Positions 38,908 through 50,487 of a DNA stretch of 64,000 nt are shown here, one piece after another; the first letter of the stretch is position 1, and every line of letters begins with the position of its first letter. A program made the position numbers and the translations under genes. The notes under the pieces are model-generated. The model was not told the DNA's origin and did no database searches. It saw only the letters and a program-made list of their open reading frames with translations. The stretch comes from Hamiltosporidium tvaerminnensis FI-OER-3-3. Taxonomy: Eukaryota; Fungi; Microsporidia. The stretch lies in NCBI GenBank assembly GCA_022605425.2, contig CM061249.1, positions 434,001-498,000 on the forward strand, written 5' to 3'.

Positions 38908-39627
38908 TTTATTTAAAAGTATCACATCTTTTTTAAAACCGTGGCAAGTGTTATATTTGTTTTCCTGACATTAACGCGGTTTTAGGTTTAACATAAATAA
39001 CTGCTACCCCAACACTCCATCGGTAACCCCTGCGATACCTACATCCCAAAGCCTTTTATCTACCAAGTGTGTATAACCTAATTACTAGGCGAGGCAGTTG
39101 CCCGGAGTTCGTTAATGTCTGTTGCATGGAGTGTGATCGAAAGCCGAAGCCCCCCCCTCGCCCCCGAGACTATGCAGCATTCCCACTTTACAATTTCTGA
39201 ACCCAATACACTTTTAGCTAAGAAATGTTTTAGAGACTTACATGGGGTCAACCCGACAGTGCAATGTTATACCAACAGGTATAACCTGCTACTTAGCTCT
39301 CCCGGCTTTTAATGTTTTTTATTTTTTATATCTCTTAGGCACTAAGTCTTCAAACCCGATTGAGCAAGGCTAGGTTTCCATGCTTTTACATAACAATTAC
39401 CTACATGTTCACCTGCAGTCTGCAATCTGGTTACATAAAAAACTACAAACAAATTTGTAGAAAAAGTTTCTCCATTTCTTAGCTCTCTCCGCTCATAAAA
39501 AGTTCTATGGAACAACCGAAGATTTAGTGGGGTTATAGTTTACCAAAAATCTAAACAATGATCTTCATGCCAACTTCACCACTCAGTGCCAAGCAGGAAG
39601 TTTTTTATGGGGTTATCTTCTCTCCAC
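38908..39627 (-). mobile_element. Long 5S-headed SINE-like repeat (copy D), tail-to-tail with copy C
   Basis: Reverse complement is collinear with copies B and C. Head 39627-39507 (121 nt). TATTTAAA occurs at both ends (38910-38917 and 39628-39635). Confidence 0.8.
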
Positions 39628-40257
39628 TATTTAAACATATAAACATTTATTCTAAAAAAATATAAAATATATAAGAATTCCAAGGTTTACGAAATAATTT
39701 AAACGTTTAAGCGGCTATAAAAGCAAGGAAAAAGGTGATAATATTAGGATATAAAAAAACAAGTTGAAATAAGCTTTTTAAAAAAATACATTAATATAAA
39801 TATCTATAAGTATTAATAAGATATAATCAATAAATAAAAATCCTAGAAACTATTTTTAAACATTATATGATAAAATGAGATCATCAGATAAAAATACCGC
39901 TATTAAAAACTAAAATAATTTATTTCAAGAAAATAAGAAAATAAATTTTATAGTTTTAAAATTTCACTCGAAATTTCTTTTATTAAAACCCAAAAAGAAA
40001 ATTTATTTCAAGAAAATAAGAAAATAAATTTTATACTTTAGAATTTATATCAAAATTTCAATCTTTAAAATTCTTAAAAATATACAATTTAAAACATTTT
40101 AAGTATTAAATTGTTTGCTATCAAAATCAAAACGCTTCTTTTCTTATAAAATGCATTTTGAAACATTTTACTTCAAAGAAATAACACCAAGAATAGTAAA
40201 TTTTGTTTTAAAAATGTTTTATTAAAAAATATTAAAATAAACAAAATAGCATAAACA

Positions 40258-40941
40258 ATGGAAAGTGTAGGAACAATAAAAAAAATAAAAGAAAAAAAGA
40301 AAACTAATAACAAGTGGAATGAAATCAGAACAAGTTATGCCTGTGTACCTGACAATGAATATAATTTAAATTCCTTTTACACTCCACAATTCGATGATGA
40401 TTCTTTACATGAGCTTACATCCGATGAGATTGAAATGATCAAGAGATGGAAGGATGATCCACTTCCTATAGTTGATAAAAATGGTTCTTTGTATTTGACA
40501 TATACGAATACAAGTGTAAATGATGAGATAATTTCAGAAAATAATGATTCTAAACCAATTTTACCTTTAAGTGCCTTCGACACTCATCTCTCTCAAAACG
40601 AAACAAATAATGATAAAGAACTGATTGTATCAAAAAAATGGGAGATTTCATCAGTCGATAATTCAAAATCGGATCTAGAACCGGTAATATCAATCGTAAA
40701 CCAAAAAGGTAAAATTATTGGAATAAAAAACACCGTATATAATCTACTTATACTAACATTATTTACAGTACTGATATTTTCTTGGTATCAGAACATTCAA
40801 TCTGTACACAATTACGTATATACGGCCTTTAAATATGATTCATATAGCAGATTTGCACATCTGAGTATATTTGTTCAAAAAATAATATATTACATTCAAT
40901 ATATTATAAATAATCTTAAAAAATATGCGTTGTATCAATAA
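40258..40941 (+). CDS. Hypothetical protein with one C-terminal TM segment
   Basis: 227-aa ATG ORF with an acidic/Asn-rich N-terminal region and hydrophobic LLILTLFTVLIFSWY. Confidence 0.7.
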   Translation: MESVGTIKKIKEKKKTNNKWNEIRTSYACVPDNEYNLNSFYTPQFDDDSLHELTSDEIEMIKRWKDDPLPIVDKNGSLYLTYTNTSVNDEIISENNDSKPILPLSAFDTHLSQNETNNDKELIVSKKWEISSVDNSKSDLEPVISIVNQKGKIIGIKNTVYNLLILTLFTVLIFSWYQNIQSVHNYVYTAFKYDSYSRFAHLSIFVQKIIYYIQYIINNLKKYALYQ

Positions 40942-41089
40942 ATGAAATGAAATTATATTTTATTTGTATTTTTGATTTAACTATTTTTCAAAGTATTTTA
41001 TTTGTATTTTTGATTTATATTTTAAAAAATTTATATCGATTATACAAAGATTTTTTATTTATATAAAAATTTTGACTTTTCAATATACT

Positions 41090-41346
41090 TTTATTCAATA
41101 AAATTCTGGGTTAAAATATTTTTACCATTTTTTTATGTTTTCTTCCACCTCTTTAACCACTGCTGTCTCTTCTTCCAAATCCGACTGTTCATTTATGTTA
41201 TTGGTCGGTTCCTCTAAAGTGGTTCCTCCTTGTGAAATAAGGGGTGCTTTATTTTTCGGTTTATAATTTTTTGCACCATCTTCCTCTCTTTTCGCTTCTT
41301 TTAAAGGAAGTTTTGGTTCCTCATGCATCTCTGATCTCATAATAAC
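41090..41346 (-). mobile_element. 5'-truncated 3' end of R4-like retrotransposon with 11-bp TSD
   Basis: Near-identical to 46352-46607. Flanked by TTCAATATACT at 41079-41089 and 41347-41357. Confidence 0.9.
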
Positions 41347-41394
41347 TTCAATATACTATAATTAATAAGTTATATTTTAAAAAGCTCTTCTTCT

Positions 41395-41900
41395 GAATCT
41401 CGACTGGAGAGGAGACCCGTCGCTTGGAAAGAAAACAACAATATAGAGAATAGCAATTATGACTTTTAGTTAATTATCCGCATTTTTCCTCTGTTCTTTT
41501 TTGAGGTTAGCGATATTTTTTCTTTCGTTTGGCTGTAGTGCATGTTTTTTATGATATTGATGTCTAGAAATTTATTCCATTTAAATATTTTATTTTTTCT
41601 GGAAATTTCTATTCTAACAATTATTTTCTTAAATTATTTTTTAATGTATATTTTTTATATCGAAAAAAGAGTTTTGTATAAATATATTCGAGCATTTTTT
41701 TATGATCAATCGAAAACGAGAAAGTGCTTTTCTTTATTATGTTTGTCGGAATCTTGGATAGGAACCAGTCGCTTGGAAAGAAAAGAACAATATATGGAAT
41801 TACAATTGTGTCTTTTATTTATTTGTCCTTGTTTTCTTTCATTACATTGGCAGTGCATGTTTTTAGAAGGGGTGGAAATATACTCAATTTAAATAATTTT
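41395..41900 (+). repeat. Diverged tandem duplication (~355-bp spacing)
   Basis: GTCGCTTGGAAAGAAAA.AACAATATA occurs at ~41419 and ~41768, and GTGCATGTTTTT at ~41538 and ~41853. Confidence 0.6.
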
Positions 41901-42772
41901 TTTATAAATTTCTACTCTAAAAAAGTTACTTCCTTGCTTAATCTCCTGTTTTATTCGAAAAACTAAAAAAACTCTTCAAAAGAATTCCTAAAACCTAAAT
42001 TTAAATCTCAAATATAAATAGCAAGAAACCTCTTTGTAAACAAAAAATTTTAAATCAAAACGTACAAAAATCTTAAGTTTTTATTGTGATATTGATTGTG
42101 TTATTAAATTCTGATTATTAATACAATATCTAATGAATTCTAAGATCATTTGTTAAGCCAATAAAATAAAAAACTAGCATTTAAATATTTTATAAGTTTA
42201 GAAAAGTAATATATACATACATAATCTAAGAAAATTAGAATATACACAGGTACAGATGCTTGTTTTTAACCCTTTGCACTCGTATATTGATGGCGCTTGT
42301 ATTACACCGTACTCGTATTAATATTTAGGTAAGTTACGTATCAACTCGGATTTTTTTTTTACATTCTATCAAAACAAAAACATTTTTATAGTAATACACA
42401 CTTCATAAAAACATATATATTCACTAAAAAAAGATATAATTATTTTTTTTTTATATTAGGCTATAGAGGTTGGCCAGGGAAAGTAAGAGTCTGTACTGTA
42501 TGTATTAGAATAACTTTTATTTTTAAGAACTATAAAAAAATGAAAAAATATTTTACTTAATACAAAAATAATAAGAAACCGACATGTAAAAAAAAAGATA
42601 ATGAATGTGAAATTTGTTTGAAAAAAAATAATCTAAAAATATAGATACAAACATAAAATATTGTGTGTGGGTAAAATCTTTATATAATAATGCCTATCCA
42701 AATACATCTATTTATTACTTAAAGCTAAATAAACATGAGTAAGCTATTTTAAAAAATTAAACATTATAGTTT

Positions 42773-44578
42773 TTAATTCTGTAATGTGTGGTACCGTTCA
42801 AAACAGTCACCTATGTGAAGTCCTGGTTTGCGAGTGCATGTGCTGCAAATGTAACTGGTTTCATGCCTTCCACCTGGCACTTTACGATTGGAGCACACCA
42901 AGGAGTCCTTTTTCCCTTCATTTTGACGCATGATGTGTAATTTTCCGTTCAAACGTTCTTCTTTGTCTGTTGTAGACGGTCTTCCATGGGTCTTAGAACC
43001 CTCTCTATAATTTTGAGTCAATCCGTCCACAATTTCCCTTACGAATTTGAGGTGATTTATAGGTCTTTTGTTTTGACGAGTTTGGAAAATTTTATAAAGT
43101 AAATACGCGTTTACGCTAGATGCCTCCAATCCCCAGAAAAATAATTTGCGCCACCACTTCAGTGATTTCCTAAGAAAGCAATAGGATGTTGCATAGGAAT
43201 CAGCCCGATCTACGCCTTCCATGTATTTATTATAATTTACAATAATATGTGGTTTGTGTATGACTTGGATGTTGCCTCCTCGTACTCGACGATTTACCGG
43301 TTCAGTTCCCGAAACATCCCAGCTGGATAGTGCGAGGACAATTCTTTTATCTTTCCATGCTGATAATAATATATTTCCTGACCGACACGCAAACGTATTA
43401 TTTTCAGAAAATCTTGGTTTTTTTATGGAATCAGGTAGAAACTTCCTGTTACTCTGTATTGTGCCCGTAAAATTAATATTTAGCTTCAACAGTTCCTGAG
43501 CAAGTGGCAAGCTTGTGTAATACCTGTCAGTAAAAATATGGTATCCCGTACTTCCAGGATTACTATCTAGTAATTTATTGCATAATTCTAGTACAATTCT
43601 AGTGCTTACTGGAAGATCAAGTCGTATCAAATCTTCTGAGGTCAAGCTGCCATAATACGGCAAAATAGAATAAACATACCCAGTGTATGCATCTGCCATG
43701 ACATACATCCTTATTCCCCATTTGGTGGGTTTATTGGGATTGTATGTCAAGAAACTTATTTTTCCTTTGAATCCGACTACCGACTCGTCCACAGATATTT
43801 CTCGAGATGGAACAAAATGTTCCTTGAACCGCTCATCCAAGAAGTCTAAATAATCTCGCACTTTTTGAGTTCGGGCTCGAAGGCTTTTGTCGTTTGGATT
43901 ATTTTTATTTAAATGGAGCATCCAGAATATTTGCAAAAACCTTTCTCTCCTTAAGATATTACCAAAGAAAGGTTTTTTAGCATTAAAATTTTTGGTCCAA
44001 TATTCTTGGATATTTGCAAGTGTTATTGTGCCCGCATTCAACACAACTCCAAGGAAAGCCCGAAATTCCTCCACGGTAACATCGACCCACGAGTGCCACG
44101 TAGATCTTTTTGAGAGTCTTTTTTGGGTAATTTTATTTCGTGCATACCTATTTGTCTCAGTTACTATTTTTTCAATAAGTTCATCGGTGAAGAACAATTT
44201 AAAAAAATCTAGAGGTTTAGTGCAGTCAACAGGGATTTGTGGCCCTTCATTTCTAACACCAGAAATAAAATCAAACCTCTTTGGTGGATTATCTTCGATG
44301 GTAACATCCTTCCATGGCCGATTGTCTCTGGTTTCGCTTACATCCTCTTCACTGCTTGAAGTTGATGGCAACGGTAGTGTTCTACTTCTTTTATTCACTA
44401 TGATATCACTATCACTACTAAAGTCATTATCATTTTCTTCGTTTTCATTATCATCCACGAAGTTAGTGAAACTGTTTTTATCGCATTCTTCTTTATCACC
44501 AAATGAGTCCATAAAAAACTCATCATCGCTACTGTCTATCTCATTCATAATCACACCACGTGAATCTTTTTTCGACAT
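42773..44578 (-). CDS. piggyBac transposase (PGBD4-like)
   Basis: 601 aa with an acidic N-terminus, SVDES, KPTKWGIR, FTDRYYTS, YNKYMEGVDRAD, KWWRKLFF and a C-terminal Cys-rich domain. Confidence 0.95.
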   Translation of the reverse strand: MSKKDSRGVIMNEIDSSDDEFFMDSFGDKEECDKNSFTNFVDDNENEENDNDFSSDSDIIVNKRSRTLPLPSTSSSEEDVSETRDNRPWKDVTIEDNPPKRFDFISGVRNEGPQIPVDCTKPLDFFKLFFTDELIEKIVTETNRYARNKITQKRLSKRSTWHSWVDVTVEEFRAFLGVVLNAGTITLANIQEYWTKNFNAKKPFFGNILRRERFLQIFWMLHLNKNNPNDKSLRARTQKVRDYLDFLDERFKEHFVPSREISVDESVVGFKGKISFLTYNPNKPTKWGIRMYVMADAYTGYVYSILPYYGSLTSEDLIRLDLPVSTRIVLELCNKLLDSNPGSTGYHIFTDRYYTSLPLAQELLKLNINFTGTIQSNRKFLPDSIKKPRFSENNTFACRSGNILLSAWKDKRIVLALSSWDVSGTEPVNRRVRGGNIQVIHKPHIIVNYNKYMEGVDRADSYATSYCFLRKSLKWWRKLFFWGLEASSVNAYLLYKIFQTRQNKRPINHLKFVREIVDGLTQNYREGSKTHGRPSTTDKEERLNGKLHIMRQNEGKKDSLVCSNRKVPGGRHETSYICSTCTRKPGLHIGDCFERYHTLQN

Positions 44579-45123
44579 TTTAACGGTATAAAATATTCCA
44601 AAGTTTAGTAAAAATTAACGTACACTATGCCGATGTAGATAGATCGGAAGCACGGACAATACTGACTTAGCTAGGGCATGTTTACAAAAAATTACGGAAA
44701 AATAAACAATCACTCTAAGCGGCTAGATTAGAAACAACAATGGGATAAGGTAAACAAAGACTAGAAAATCAGTTTATATAAGTTATGAGGAGTCGAACGA
44801 ATTATAAGTTTTTAAAAATTAACTACTGCACAGAAAAGAAGCCGAGTCTCTTTGTTCACAAGCTAGGGAGAGACTAATCCCTTTTTATTGTCATCCTGAG
44901 GCCGTGCTCATTGTTGATTTTGACTCGACCTTTCTTTTACAAGAACAGAGAAGGGATTTTTTTCTGATGTGATTGAACTATTGTTTGGTTTTCCCTTCTA
45001 TTTAATCCTTTTTCAGCTCTGGATTATATTTATTTACTTAATTTCATATAAATATCTCCTCAGCAGACCAAAGAGCAAAAAATAAACGCATATTATATAT
45101 TATTATTGCATTTCCCCTTTATG

Positions 45124-45259
45124 GTAAAATGTATTATGTCGCTTATACGGCGACATATGAGCGCAACAGTAAAACATACTTTGTCGCCTATACGGCGACA
45201 TACGAGTGCAACGGTAAAACATAGTATGTCGCCTTACCGCGACATACGAGTGCAAAGGG
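45124..45259. repeat. Three ~45-bp subterminal repeats of piggyBac, each with a TGTCGC..GCGACA palindrome and a TIR copy
   Basis: GTAAAA...TGTCGC(N7-8)GCGACATA.GAG.GCAA occurs three times. Confidence 0.85.
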
Positions 45260-45828
45260 TTAAATTTAAAATATAAATTTTTCAAAAAAAAGTTCTGTTC
45301 TCCGAAATATACGAATACGAATCAAAAAGTTATTAGTCAAGAAGATAAATCATAAGCAAAATTAATTTTTCTCTATTTTTATCGAAAATTAAAAAAAATT
45401 TAAACTTCATTTACTTTCAAATGGAAATTTATATTTTTTTTGTTATAATTGTCAAATTCACTTATAATAATTACAAAAAATAAATATTAAATTATTTACC
45501 ACATAATTTATCAATTGAAAGTATTGAAGTGAAGTTCTGTTATTAATAAAGATAGTAAGACATAATTAGTTAGAAACATGTTCGATTTGAAATATAAAAA
45601 CATAGAAAAACATAGAAAAAAATTATTATTTTTTAAAATACACTAAAAAAAATTTTTTAAAGAAAAACATTACTATGTGCCTAATCATACTATATATTAT
45701 TTCATAAAAAAAATATTTTATCTTATATTTTTGAAAAATCAAATTTATTTTTTAATAAATCTAAACATTTCCGTTATTTCTATCTAAAATCATATTTCCT
45801 TATATTTTTGCTAAATTTAGTACCCATA

Positions 45829-46170
45829 ATGACATATACAATAAAAAAAATACATCATGATGCCAAAGTACCACATCGCCAAACATCTGGTTCAGCCGGT
45901 TATGATTTATATACATGTACATCTGGTAAAATAGCACCAGAAACTACTGCATTTATACATACAGGAATACTTTTAGAAGTACCATATCTTACACTTATAT
46001 TACCACGTTCTGGTTTAGCATCTAAACATCTTATAGATGTATCTGGTGAATATATTCCACCAAATAAATTACAAGAAATAGTGGTTTGTGTAACTAATTA
46101 TGGAAAAGAGGAATTTATATATAATGTAAATGATAGAATAGCTCAAATGGTATTTACATTTTGTAATTAA
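45829..46170 (+). CDS. dut: dUTPase-like protein, motif III degenerate and motif V absent
   Basis: ATG preceded by CCC. Has GSAGYDL (motif I), PRSGLA (II) and DRIAQ (IV); 113 aa. Confidence 0.8.
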   Translation: MTYTIKKIHHDAKVPHRQTSGSAGYDLYTCTSGKIAPETTAFIHTGILLEVPYLTLILPRSGLASKHLIDVSGEYIPPNKLQEIVVCVTNYGKEEFIYNVNDRIAQMVFTFCN

Positions 46171-46351
46171 ATCGAGCATTTTATGGATAATTTTAATTAA
46201 AAAAATATTTTTTTTAATATCTGTTTTTATGTTAACGAATTATATTTTTCATAATCTAAAAAATATTTTTTATGTATATTTCAATTAATAGAATTTATAA
46301 ATAATTAAATATTTTAAAAAATACAATTTTAATTTATCAAATATAAATTAT

Positions 46352-49300
46352 TTTATTTAATAAAATTCTGGGTTAAAATATTTTTAACATTTTTATATGT
46401 TTTCTTCTACCTCTTTAACCACTATTTTCTCTTCTTCCAAATCCGACTCTTCATTTATGTTATTGGTCGGTTCTTCTAAAGTGGTTCCTCCTTGTGAAAT
46501 AAGGGGTGCTTTATTTTTCGGTTTATAATTTTTTGCCCCATCTTCCTCTCTTTTCGCTTCTTTTAAAGGGGGTGTTGGTTCCTCATGCATCTCTGATCTC
46601 ATAATAACACCCATTGACGCTCTCTCCCAGCTCTCTTCGGCATTTAGTCCTGACTCAAGTCCTCTTCGTCGATCAAAGGAAATTGTTTCGACTGTTTTCT
46701 TAAGTACTATAGACTGAATGTATGCCTCTACATTCATGGGTATTTCTAGTCTTTTAAGATGAGATTTATGGTATTTTGTCACAATACCGTCCCAGGTCAT
46801 CACATAAGGGATTATCTCAACACTACACTTATAAATAAGACCCAACTTATTGGCTAGCAGGTCATACTTCCTAAGTGTTTTCGTTTCAACTATTTGAAGT
46901 GAATCTTGGGAAGTGATTCCTACTTCAATGAGTGTTATCTTATTCTTCTTCTTATCTAAAATAAATATGTCGGGTCTGTTATTCCGAATTTTAACATCAG
47001 TTTTTATTCTGGTGTCCACTCTTATCTCTGCATACTCATTATCAAGAATTTCTTGAACTGAGTGACTCCTAATTCGTTTTGAAAACTTAAACTTATATCT
47101 ATTTAAGAGAAGTAAGTGTAGGCATCTAACCACTTCATTATGTCGTCTGGTGTAGTCATGGCCTAGCATTTTTTCGCATCGAGTGGCTAGATGATCTACA
47201 GTCTTACCAGATTTATTGCAATGTTGACACACACCATCTGCTCCCCAGAATACATTTCTATCCTGGATATAGCAGAACACAGCTTCATTTCGTGGCCTAA
47301 TATTTCCTCTCTTTAGCCATCTTGAAGAGTCACTAACACTTACAAGCTCATTTTTCCTTGCATTATATAACTTTGAATAGAGTTTTCGTTTTTCTATTTC
47401 GTTATATAGTTTTGCAAGTTGAGCTTCTTCTACCAACCTGTACTTTACTTTTAAGAAGCCTTTTATTAGTGCAAGGTGGGTTTTATTATTATTCTCAATC
47501 TTGAGGATTGCTGCTCGTCTAGTTGATGTTTCTTTACTTTTTTCCAGACAATCCAAGAGTTGCAGAAGCATATGTTCGCTTCGCAACTCAACACTATGTA
47601 GGCCTCTTCCAAGTTCTGTTCTAGGAAGGTATAAACGCTCTTTACATCCTGGGCGGAGATGTATCTTATTCTTTACCAACACCGCATGACCTGCATCATC
47701 TATCTTAGAGAAGTCAGCCGGTTCAAGTCGAAGTACTCCTATGTGATAGTTGATTTACGATATCGCATGTTGATTAATTGCAGAAAATAAATTTTTTGCG
47801 TTTAATCTAGTGTGACAAAGTCTTTCAACTCTTGATATAAGTTTGCTCTGTACTTCTTCAAATGAGCTACATGTTGGGATTCCTCTGCCATCTTCTATTA
47901 TTCCTAAATATTTGTAAACACTAACACCTTCTAGAAGAGTAGCAGTATCTTCACAACGTGTATCATTTGTGGCTGACTTCTCTTTGTTAATCTCTAAGCC
48001 AATTTCCTCTAAAAATACCTTAGCCTCGCCTGTCATAGCACTCAATGTCGAACTGTCTTTAGCAAGGAGCTTTAGATCATCAATAAACAAGAATGATTAG
48101 TAGAATGAGATTCTGCATCTGTTTGTACTGTCACTTTTGTGTATTTTTCATTAAGTTTTCGGCTTAATGGATCCATACACAACACAAATAACAAAGGTGA
48201 CAGACTTTCTCCTTGTAGAATCCCTCTATCAATCTTCTTGCTCATGATTTTTTCAGGCCCTACTGATATATCAATTTTCCATTTTGATATAATTACCTTA
48301 ATAAATTTCAGGATCCAATCAGGTAAATTAAGGTTTTCAATGCATTGAGTTAAATAAGCATGATCTTTTAAATCATAAGCCTTTTTAAAATCATCCATGT
48401 TGCCTTAAGATTATTTCCATACTCTTTATTTAGGGCAATAATTAGTAAAGCCTGCTCTTTCGCTCCCTGCACACCTCTTACCGCCCCTAATTGGTTCTCT
48501 GCAAGCAACCTTCGCCTTTCCACTTCAATTTGAGCGACTTTCGTTACACACTTTGTCGTTAACTTGTAAAGGTTGGACATACAAGTAATTGGCCTGTAGT
48601 CAGAGCCTCTTCGTGGGATTCCTTTCGGTATCAAATAGGTAAGCCCGCAGTAAAACCAATCAGCTTGAGGTGTTCCTCCTAAACATATAACTTTCACAAT
48701 ATCATAAATATATTTGTGAAGAGTTGTAAGTTTCTTAATGAAAAAATTGTAAATACCATCAATTCCAGCAGCTTTCCAATTAGAGAGCCAATTAATGATA
48801 CTTACAAATTCATCAAGTGAACGAAACGTAGTCGGATGATTATCTGATACAAATGGAATCAAATAATCATCATACGTGACTGTGTCATCATTTTTGTTCC
48901 ACATTGTAGACCAAAAACTCACAATTTCATCACGGCTAACCACATGCTCGGATTCCACACGCTCAGATAACCCACGATAAAATCGACCTCGGAAAAGCTC
49001 AAACATACGATTCTCTTTTCGGAATTGCTTCCTACTTTCATGCATCGAAATTTTTTTCTCGTAAACATTCAAAGACTCATTCTTCTTAACTAAAGCCTCA
49101 GAAAGATCAGTTACACTGCTTAAGTTTAAATTAAACTCTCGCATGATTTTCTTAAGGCTCTTCGTTTAAGAGGTGGAGAGCTTTTCCTGCTTACGAGCCT
49201 TCTCGAGAAGATCTTTGGAAAGTACTAACTTAGAAATTTTACTTTCTATGTTTTCCTTCCAAGCGGATCTAGGCTTTTCTTTGCGTGTTGCCTCGTCATA

Positions 49301-50113
49301 GCATACATGGGCTGCCTGGATTATCCGTGCCACTGCCGTTATCGTCATAGGCACATAAGATTCAGCATACTCACCGATAATTCGATTAATAAGGTCCAAA
49401 ACTTTACTGTCAACCAATTCACTTGGAAGCTTTCGAGTTCGGACCACCACTTTTCCAATTTCCTTCTCCGTGATTTCTTTGATTTTACTCAAGAATTTAT
49501 CTCTCAGGTTTATGTACTCCGTGGTGTCAGTCAGGGTGCATGGCTCAGTGAGGCAAGTGGCGATTCTACGTCGCTCTCTATTCTCTTCTTGCCTTATTTC
49601 CCTTTCTGCCTTATTTTGTGCGAGTTATTTAAACGCATCGATATCTATTGTGCAGCTAAATTTCTCATTATAGTACCTCAGAGTAACGGGCCAGCCATTT
49701 CTGGGCATTCTCTCAAACCTCTTTTGCACTGCTAGAATAGCAGATCTAGGCCATTCCTGCCCTACGACTGTGACAGAGTCAAGTATTGAGTGCAATACCA
49801 CCAGTCGATTCCCTTCTAGAATGGCATGTGTATTGAGGTTTGTCATGCCGTTGGCTGGTCCAAACGCAGTGGCATCGGTACCAGAAGACGAGGGTATGGT
49901 GTCAACCAAGCAGACTAGACTATTCTGGCAACTACTGCTTGGTGGTTGGTGGGTGGTGTTATGGAAGGTCGGTGGAGGTGGAAGTCTCTCGGATAACATT
50001 GCTACATCTACATCACACATCAAAATCTCTACTGCGGTGTTCTCCAGGTTGTTTACAGCCTTTATTTTTTCATTTCTTATATTTCCGCTGTCTACTTTTT
50101 TCCTTCTACCCAT
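46352..50113 (-). mobile_element. Near full-length R4/Dong-like non-LTR retrotransposon (RT + CCHC + PD-(D/E)xK endonuclease), inactivated
   Basis: KAAGIDGI, YRPITC, KKAYD, GILQGESLSPLLF, FIDDLKL, YKYLG, CQHC..H....C, RRHNEVV and RPDIFILD..LIEVG. The single ORF is broken by 3 in-frame TAA and 2 frameshifts. Confidence 0.92.
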
Positions 50114-50236
50114 TTTTACTAAAAAAATAAATATATTTTGATATGTAATTATAAACCAAAAGCTGTTTTCTACTAAGCCTTATTCGTTTTATAAATCTCA
50201 TTATAAATAATATTTTCTAGACCAAAAATTTCTTAT

Positions 50237-50362
50237 TTAGATATTAGATATTAGATATTAGATATTAGATATTAGATATTAGATATTAGATATTAGATAT
50301 TAGATATTAGATATTAGATATTAGATATTAGATATTAGATATTAGATATTAGATATTAGATA
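50237..50362. repeat. Perfect heptamer array (TTAGATA)18
   Basis: 126 bp, read directly. Confidence 0.97.
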
Positions 50363-50487
50363 TACTATTTCAAAGAAACAATTGCCAAATATTAAAAATG
50401 TAAAAATGATGTAAACCTAAAAATTATCGTATGAATCAAGCAATTTAATATTTTATAGATGATTATTATACTTTTTACTCTTTAAAA

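Larger units (their letters stand above)
42270..45259 (-). mobile_element. Full-length piggyBac transposon (2990 bp) with TTAA target duplication
   Basis: TTAA|CCCTTTGCACTCGTAT ... ATACGAGTGCAAAGGG|TTAA (16-bp TIR), enclosing an uninterrupted transposase ORF. Confidence 0.97.

Noticed and set aside
43254-44591. Plus-strand ORFs of 81 and 234 aa, and similar antisense ORFs over the retrotransposons, LRR gene and PIG-B
   Set aside because: They are shadows of real opposite-strand genes, have no motifs and mostly start at non-ATG codons.
45124-45259. CRISPR-like palindromic repeats and the 45103-45285 ORF
   Set aside because: These are subterminal repeats of piggyBac; the whole unit repeats.
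47755-49627. Genome-wide TAA reassignment suggested by three in-frame TAA codons
   Set aside because: Normal genes here end in TAA (13020, 18147, 40941), and the element also has frameshifts.
50237-50362. Telomere repeat
   Set aside because: The array is internal, lacks the G-run of TTAGG-type telomeres, and the second array has a different unit.
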